37,955 nt of DNA, taken from a virus. The stretch's first letter is position 1. Each line of letters opens with the position of its first letter. Positions 32,735 to 37,955 of the stretch are shown here, piece after piece. Location: IMG/VR virus record IMGVR_UViG_3300045988_025591, positions 1 through 37,955 of that record. One strand, given 5' to 3'. A program made the translations under genes and the position numbers. Under the pieces are notes generated by a model. It saw nothing but the letters and a program-made list of their open reading frames with translations. It was not told the DNA's origin and ran no database searches.

Positions 32735-33082
32735 ATGGGAAACGAATATAAAGTATATGTATCACTACAAGATGGGTATATCACATCTATTAATTCAGAA
32801 ATCTTTTTATCACAAGAAGAAATTCAATCAATGACAGAGATTGACCAAGGACAAGGCGACAAATACGCTCATGCTCAAGGTTTGTATCTAGAAAAAGAGT
32901 TAGTTGATAAATACGGTCGATATAACTACAAATATGTAAATGGTAAGGTGGTTGAGGTTGCAGAAGAAGATAAGCCGACAATTGAAGAACCAAAAGCAGT
33001 ACCGACTGAGCAAGATAAGATTAACGCACAATTAATGTTACAGATTGCACAATTAAAAGCTCAATTGAATGGGGTGAAATAA
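32735..33082 (+). CDS. hypothetical protein (XkdW-like position)
   Basis: AGGAGG precedes the ATG. It lies directly before an XkdX-like gene. Confidence 0.5.
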   Translation: MGNEYKVYVSLQDGYITSINSEIFLSQEEIQSMTEIDQGQGDKYAHAQGLYLEKELVDKYGRYNYKYVNGKVVEVAEEDKPTIEEPKAVPTEQDKINAQLMLQIAQLKAQLNGVK

Positions 33083-33083
33083 C

Positions 33084-33203
33084 ATGAGTTATGAATTAAT
33101 TAAATCGTATTATGAATTAGGCTTATTTACAAAGAGTGATTTAGAAATCTTTGCTTCTATTGGATGGATTACAGAGAATCAGAGAAAAGAATTAATTAAA
33201 TAG
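33084..33203 (+). CDS. XkdX-family small protein
   Basis: A 39-aa protein, MSYELIKSYYELGLFTKSDLEIFASIGWITENQRKELIK, which fits the XkdX pattern. Not in the track because it is under 60 aa. Confidence 0.6.
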   Translation: MSYELIKSYYELGLFTKSDLEIFASIGWITENQRKELIK

Positions 33204-33220
33204 GCATTAAAAGCGTTTTA

Positions 33221-33241
33221 AAGGGCATTTAAGCCCTTTTT
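33221..33241 (+). terminator. rho-independent terminator after the fibre module
   Basis: AAGGGC-atttaa-GCCCTT followed by a T-run. Confidence 0.7.
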
Positions 33242-33258
33242 CTATAGGGGGTATATAA

Positions 33259-34440
33259 ATGTTAAGTGAAGAAGAACAAAGGGAACAAGAGCGTGAAAAA
33301 AGACAAGAAGAAAGGAAGCAAGAACGCCTACAAAGGCAAATTGAGAAAAGAAGAAAACTTGAAGAAAGAGAAAGAAAAAGTGTAAAGCGTGCTAGTGTAT
33401 TTGAATTAGGAATGATGATATTCGTATCTAATAAAATTCGTGAAGTTTTGGAAAAAGGTACTGAAGAAAATGCAAATCTTAATACGATATTAGCGAAATC
33501 ACTAGTAGAATTGCGTAAATTTACGAAATCAGAATCAAAAAAGCTTAAAAAAGATGTGATTAAAGAATCTAAAAAGGATTTTGAAGAAAATAAGCAAGGA
33601 ACACTTGATTTAATCAAAGAAGCAAGTGGGAAACCTATCAAAAATAAGCTAAAGATAGATTTATATATCAGTCCACAAAATGACACTTCAAAGCGTTGGA
33701 AGAAATACATTAAATCAAGTGCGAACACGTATGCAATCGGTAAAGATAAACTACCGGTATTCTTTACAAAGGTAGTTCAAGAAGAGATTAAAAATGTAGT
33801 AGGCGGTAAATGCACAATTGATGATTCTTGCAGAAAAGCTATCTCGAAATTAGCATACAGTGGCGTAAAGATTGTTGAATATGATACAGGAGTTAAAAGA
33901 AATGTGGACGTATGGGTAAGACAACAAATGCAGTACGCAGAAAAGGAATCATCGCAAGAAATTAACAATAAATGTGCAAAAGATATGGGAGTTACTGTAT
34001 TTGAGTTTGACGCTCACGCAAATGCACGTCCAAGTCATAAGAAATGGCAAGGGAAACGATACGATACGCAAGGGAAACTATATCCTAGCTTGTATCAGTT
34101 AACGCATGGAGAAGAAAAAGACTATGGATGTAGACACTTTGCTCAACCGGTTTGGGATGTTGATATGCCGTATGCCTACACAAAAGAGCAGTTAAAGAAT
34201 ATTGATACAAAACCTTTCATGTTTCAAGGAAAAGAATATGAAGGATATGACGCTAGACAATACCAAAGAGAATTAGAAAGAAATATCAGAGCATTGAAAA
34301 GGGAAGTAATCTTATTGGACAATCAAGGATTAGGAAGTACAGAAGCAAAAATTAAGCTAAAACACGCAAATGCAACGTATAAAGCTTTTAGTTCTGAAAT
34401 GGGAGATAGAGTTCACAACGATAGGCTTAGAATTGGCTAA
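33259..34440 (+). CDS. head morphogenesis / minor capsid protein (SPP1 gp7 / minor capsid protein 2 type)
   Basis: The C-terminal FDAHANARPSHKKWQGKRYD motif is typical of this family. The N-terminus is highly charged and E/R/K-rich. Confidence 0.7.
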   Translation: MLSEEEQREQEREKRQEERKQERLQRQIEKRRKLEERERKSVKRASVFELGMMIFVSNKIREVLEKGTEENANLNTILAKSLVELRKFTKSESKKLKKDVIKESKKDFEENKQGTLDLIKEASGKPIKNKLKIDLYISPQNDTSKRWKKYIKSSANTYAIGKDKLPVFFTKVVQEEIKNVVGGKCTIDDSCRKAISKLAYSGVKIVEYDTGVKRNVDVWVRQQMQYAEKESSQEINNKCAKDMGVTVFEFDAHANARPSHKKWQGKRYDTQGKLYPSLYQLTHGEEKDYGCRHFAQPVWDVDMPYAYTKEQLKNIDTKPFMFQGKEYEGYDARQYQRELERNIRALKREVILLDNQGLGSTEAKIKLKHANATYKAFSSEMGDRVHNDRLRIG

Positions 34441-34535
34441 AACGCTCACATTGTGAGCTATTATTCAAGCTAAAATATAGTTAGCCAAAACCATACCGGA
34501 GAAGATTCGGTTTACAAATGACTTTAGGAGGGCAA

Positions 34536-35120
34536 ATGAAAAACATTATTGAAATTTTAAAAGAATCAAACATTGAATTAACCAAAGAACAAGAGGAATC
34601 AATTACAAAGCTAGTAAATGACAACTATAAGACGATTGCAGAGTTCGACAAGCAGAAAGAAAAGCTATCTTTAGCAGAGAACAACGCAAAGGAAATTCAA
34701 ACAAAGTTTGATGATTTCAAGAAAAGCTATGATGGAGTTGATGTAGAAGAATTGAGAAATAAAATCAATACATTGACGAATGATATTGACACTCAAAAGA
34801 CAAGCTACGAAACTCAGATTAGCAAAATGAATCTTGATTCCGTATTAAGCGCAAAGGCTAAAGAATACGGATGTAAGGATTTCGATTTAGCAAAATCACA
34901 ATTCAACTATGATGATTTACTGAAATCAAAAGACCAAACAAATGATATTGACAAAGCTTTCAAGACTTTGAAAGAAAACAAGCCAATCTTATTTGAAGAA
35001 AAACAAAATGAGCCTACTGCTAAAGGCAATATCGTTGGAAGCAGTGGACAAGGAGAGAACCCAAACGCCGAAGATTTATTGCTTCGTCAAGTAATGGGTT
35101 TAACTACAGAAAAGAAATAA
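34536..35120 (+). CDS. capsid scaffolding protein
   Basis: ATG follows AGGAGGG (the track ATG at 34518 has no SD). The protein is helical and charged, and lies directly upstream of the major capsid gene. Confidence 0.7.
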   Translation: MKNIIEILKESNIELTKEQEESITKLVNDNYKTIAEFDKQKEKLSLAENNAKEIQTKFDDFKKSYDGVDVEELRNKINTLTNDIDTQKTSYETQISKMNLDSVLSAKAKEYGCKDFDLAKSQFNYDDLLKSKDQTNDIDKAFKTLKENKPILFEEKQNEPTAKGNIVGSSGQGENPNAEDLLLRQVMGLTTEKK

Positions 35121-35134
35121 GGAGGATATAATTA

Positions 35135-36004
35135 ATAGCAAATGAAATTGCATTGGCTAAAACGTATGTCTCTAATCTAGATGAGGTATATAAGTTAGCT
35201 TCAGTAACAGGCGATTTAAATGCGGACGCTACAATGGTAAGAGCAGGAGCAAACGCAAAAGAAATCATCTATCCACAAATTTCAGTCAAAGGTTTAGGAA
35301 ACTACGATAGAAATAGCGGATATACATCAAATTCAGTTAAATTAGAATGGAAGACTGCTACATTTGATTACGATAGAGGAACAAAGATTGCAGTTGATAC
35401 ACAAGATAACGCAGAATCAATGAATATTGCATTCGGTATGGCAGGAGCGGAATTAATGCGTACAAAGGTAGCGCCGGAAGCAGACGCTTACACATTTGCT
35501 AAGATTGCCGGTACAACAGGAATTACAAAGGTTTCAGAAGATTATGAAGGAGCACAAGCATTCTTAGACGCATTATTAACGGCCGTTAATAAAATGGATG
35601 AAGATGAAGTTCCTAGCGAACAACGTATCTTGTATTCAACACCTACATTGTTAAATAGCGTTAAGGCATTAGATACGTATAAATCACGTGAAGCTTTACA
35701 AGGATTCGCAAAGGTAGTTCCTGTACCTTCAACACGTTTCTATACAAAGATTAAATTGTTGAGCGGAGCAGATACAGAAACAGATGGTGGATTTGAAAAA
35801 GCGGAAGATGGACACGCAATCAATTTCTTAATTGTTCACAAACCTGCCGTTATGAAGTGGGATAAACACACTGTTTCAAATGTAATTCCTGCAAGCAATA
35901 ACATTGAATCAGATTCAGATGTATTGAAATATCGTAAGTATGGAATCGTTGATGTATATGCAAATAAGGTAGCAGGTATCTACTTATCTGCTAGTGCGAA
36001 GTAA
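35135..36004 (+). CDS. major capsid protein (ATA start)
   Basis: AAGGAGG at 35119-35125 is followed by a 9-nt spacer and ATAGCA. The frame opens at 35132 after a TAA. The track TTG at 35153 is 27 nt from the SD. The N-terminus IANEIALAKTYVSNLDEVYK is coat-protein-like, and the gene follows the scaffold gene. Confidence 0.85.
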   Translation: MANEIALAKTYVSNLDEVYKLASVTGDLNADATMVRAGANAKEIIYPQISVKGLGNYDRNSGYTSNSVKLEWKTATFDYDRGTKIAVDTQDNAESMNIAFGMAGAELMRTKVAPEADAYTFAKIAGTTGITKVSEDYEGAQAFLDALLTAVNKMDEDEVPSEQRILYSTPTLLNSVKALDTYKSREALQGFAKVVPVPSTRFYTKIKLLSGADTETDGGFEKAEDGHAINFLIVHKPAVMKWDKHTVSNVIPASNNIESDSDVLKYRKYGIVDVYANKVAGIYLSASAK

Positions 36005-36135
36005 TGGCAGTGGCAATCGGTTGGGGTTACCCTTCTATCACTAAAGAGGTTGAAGAACCTACAGTTAATGAAGAAGTAAAAGAAGAACCCACAGAAGAAA
36101 AAGAGGAAGCTAAACCTCAAAAAAAGAAAAAGTAG
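36004..36135 (+). CDS. hypothetical 43-aa acidic/Lys-tailed protein
   Basis: TAATG overlap with the capsid stop. Not in the track. Confidence 0.4.
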   Translation: MAVAIGWGYPSITKEVEEPTVNEEVKEEPTEEKEEAKPQKKKK

Positions 36136-36155
36136 CATAAAAAGGGGGTTGTAAA

Positions 36156-36503
36156 ATGAACAACATTTTAGATTGGGAATATTACAATTCCCATTTTCCT
36201 AAATTCGATGAAAATCAATTCAATCAGTATTCTTACAAAGCGGAAGCAATGGTATTGAAGTATGTGAATGTTGATTCTATTAACGAACAGAACGAAGATA
36301 CTTTAAAAGATTGTATTTGCGATGTCTTAAACAATGTAATCTTTCAAGATTCAATTGATGGTGTATCAAGTATCTCAAATGGTGGATATTCCAAAAGCTT
36401 TATAAACGCTTCACACACGGATAAAAGGAACACGCTTGAGGATATCATATCCTTTTGGTTAGGTGATACAGATTTAATGAAAGAAAGATGGATTGCATTA
36501 TGA
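36156..36503 (+). CDS. head-tail connector protein (assigned by position)
   Basis: AAGGGGG precedes the ATG. This is the first gene after the capsid gene. Confidence 0.55.
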   Translation: MNNILDWEYYNSHFPKFDENQFNQYSYKAEAMVLKYVNVDSINEQNEDTLKDCICDVLNNVIFQDSIDGVSSISNGGYSKSFINASHTDKRNTLEDIISFWLGDTDLMKERWIAL

Positions 36504-36919
36504 TAGGATTCTTTGAAGATTCAATCACACTTGTGAACCACTACTATGATACATTGACAAGAGAAGATAGGTTTCAAGCTTCTATTCTTGATAAATGTAT
36601 GTGGAGACAATCAACGGTTAGAACTGCAAACGGTAATATTCTGAGCATAGCCACATCCACAAATATTACCATTCTATATCGTGAGGGATATGTTGAACCT
36701 TACGCATATGCAAAACTTTCAAACGATGAGAAACAAAAACACTTCACATTAAATACAGATAAAACCGATTTCGTATTCTTTGGAGAAGTAGAAGAAGATT
36801 TATCTAGTATTAAAGCAATAAATGAAGCTAAAAAGAAATACAAATGGACAACGATTCAAAGTGTTACAGATTGTACGAATGTCGATATGTTGAAACATTG
36901 GGAGGTTGTCGGTCAATAG
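36500..36919 (+). CDS. head closure / head-tail adaptor (assigned by position)
   Basis: The ATG at 36500 forms an ATGA overlap with the upstream stop. The track ATG at 36488 is an alternative. Confidence 0.5.
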   Translation: MIGFFEDSITLVNHYYDTLTREDRFQASILDKCMWRQSTVRTANGNILSIATSTNITILYREGYVEPYAYAKLSNDEKQKHFTLNTDKTDFVFFGEVEEDLSSIKAINEAKKKYKWTTIQSVTDCTNVDMLKHWEVVGQ

Positions 36920-37278
36920 GAATAAAAGTCAAACTTGATGTTGAATCAATTCCCCAAATTAAGCAATCAAGAGGACTTGAAGAACGTGGACGAGTGCAAC
37001 AAATGATTGACTCTGAAGTCATTAGGCTTATGACCCCCTATACGCCTAGAGATACCGGAGCATTGATTAACTCGGCTACAAGAAACACTCAAATCGGTAG
37101 CGGATTAGTAAAGCAAGGTGGACCAAGTGCTCCATATGCAAGACGTTGGTATTACAACAAAGAGGGTGCTCATTTCGTTTGTGGTAAAACAGACCACTGG
37201 TTTGAAAAAGCTATGCGAAATGGTGGAGCAGAAACAATCTTGAAGAAAGCACAACAAATGATAGGAGACGGAGAATGA
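36916..37278 (+). CDS. HK97 gp10-like / minor-capsid-family head-tail joining protein (ATA start)
   Basis: GGAGG at 36901-36905 is followed by a 10-nt spacer and ATAGGA, which overlaps the upstream TAG. The track ATG at 36844 would overlap the upstream gene by 76 nt. The motif is PYTPRDTGALINSAT. Confidence 0.65.
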   Translation: MGIKVKLDVESIPQIKQSRGLEERGRVQQMIDSEVIRLMTPYTPRDTGALINSATRNTQIGSGLVKQGGPSAPYARRWYYNKEGAHFVCGKTDHWFEKAMRNGGAETILKKAQQMIGDGE

Positions 37279-37694
37279 CAGTATCAAAAGCATTGATTCA
37301 ATGGCTATATGGATATGGAAATATACAGATAGATGAACGTATCGAAACGGATGTATTAGCGCAACAAGCTATTTCTTATGCATTGTATAAAGAACCCAAT
37401 GCAATTGTAGATACATACATTGACGGCTCTCAAATGCGTACTGAATACTACACGTTTCTAGCACGTAGGAATACACAAATTGAATCAGAAAGACAAGACA
37501 ACAATGTTTTTCTAGAAGAATTAGAAAATTGGATTGATGAAAAGAATTTAAACGGAGAATTGCCACAACTAGACGGAAACAGATATTGCGAGGATGTTTC
37601 CGTTTCAAGTGGTTTATATCTATACACAAATGAGGATAGTCAAGCGGTATATGCGTTAACTATTCAAATCAAATACAGAAAGGAGCTTAATTAA
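37275..37694 (+). CDS. tail completion / tail terminator candidate (assigned by position)
   Basis: ATGA overlap after GGAGACGGAG. This is the last gene before the major tail protein. Confidence 0.5.
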   Translation: MTVSKALIQWLYGYGNIQIDERIETDVLAQQAISYALYKEPNAIVDTYIDGSQMRTEYYTFLARRNTQIESERQDNNVFLEELENWIDEKNLNGELPQLDGNRYCEDVSVSSGLYLYTNEDSQAVYALTIQIKYRKELN

Positions 37695-37955
37695 TAGCAA
37701 CTACAGGAACTGAAGTTAATACAGGACAGACGGTCAAAAAGTATATGATTGGATTGTTCTTGGAAATGGGAACAGGTTATAAGCGAATTAAGAAATCTAC
37801 AACTTTAGATATTTCATTTAACAGTGAAACTGAAACGTATGATTTTATCGCAGATAAGAATCCGACGGAATCATTAAAGAGTTATTCACCTCAGATTTCA
37901 CAAGATTTAACAATGATTAAAGGTGAAGATGACTTTGAATATATTTACGAACAGA
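37694..37955 (+). CDS. major tail protein, 5' part (continues at 1..364) (ATA start)
   Basis: AAGGAG at 37680-37685 is followed by an 8-nt spacer and ATAGCA, with a TAATA overlap on the upstream stop. The frame opens at 37691 after a TAA, and the first canonical start is 17 codons downstream (ATG at 37745) with no SD. Confidence 0.75.
   Translation, partial: MATTGTEVNTGQTVKKYMIGLFLEMGTGYKRIKKSTTLDISFNSETETYDFIADKNPTESLKSYSPQISQDLTMIKGEDDFEYIYEQ
37837..37955. repeat. 119-bp terminal duplicate of bases 1-119 (circular closure of the contig)
   Basis: The two segments are identical when read directly in the sequence. Confidence 0.95.

Noticed and set aside
33207-33728. Long minus-strand ORFs in the track (33207-33728, 11188-11556, 24531-24971, 18564-18917, 9995-10279, and the other 60-90-aa antisense ORFs).
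   Set aside because: They lie antisense to well-supported + strand genes or across the non-coding attP region. They lack SD sequences and have low-complexity or odd composition. Only 12946-13551 and 13538-13936 look like real minus-strand genes.

Overview
The window is a complete, circularly closed phage genome of about 37.8 kb; bases 1-119 are identical to 37837-37955. It looks like a temperate siphovirus-type phage from an AT-rich host that uses strong Shine-Dalgarno sites (Firmicutes-like, genetic code 11). Almost all genes are on the + strand. In order, the window contains: the major tail protein (spanning the junction), tail chaperones, tape measure, Dit and a Tal-like protein; a holin; a roughly 2.3-kb cargo island; a CHAP endolysin; a moron block with its own promoter and terminator; a putative attP and a tyrosine integrase; a leftward cI-like repressor operon; early genes (Rad52-like SSAP, NinB-like, RusA, a replisome organizer with internal iterons, dimeric dUTPase, SSB); a sigma-region-4-like late activator; one tRNA gene; a ParB-like/DpdA/QueF-like/QueT 7-deazaguanine module; terminase and portal; an unusually placed tail-fibre module; and the head and head-tail joining genes. 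The main finding concerns translation initiation. At least 14 genes have conserved N-terminal coding sequence that can only be reached from an in-frame ATA codon at proper SD spacing. These include the major capsid, portal, major tail, tape measure, Dit, holin, endolysin, RusA, replisome organizer and QueT genes. The ORF-track ATG/GTG/TTG starts truncate them. The phage's single tRNA (23790-23865) is built like a bacterial initiator tRNA: unpaired 1:72, A11:U24, G2:C71/C3:G70, variable loop AGGUC and 3' end GCAACCA. However, it carries the anticodon UAU, which is cognate to AUA. I read this as a phage-encoded AUA-decoding initiator tRNA paired with AUA start codons, a system I do not know to have been described. 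Secondary observations are: four decayed tandem copies of the dpdA 5' end; an endolysin SD sequestered in a terminator hairpin that carries an embedded extended -10; a cargo island between holin and lysin encoding a BclA-C-terminal-like protein; and a conserved translation-initiation cassette reused in the lysogeny and early region.
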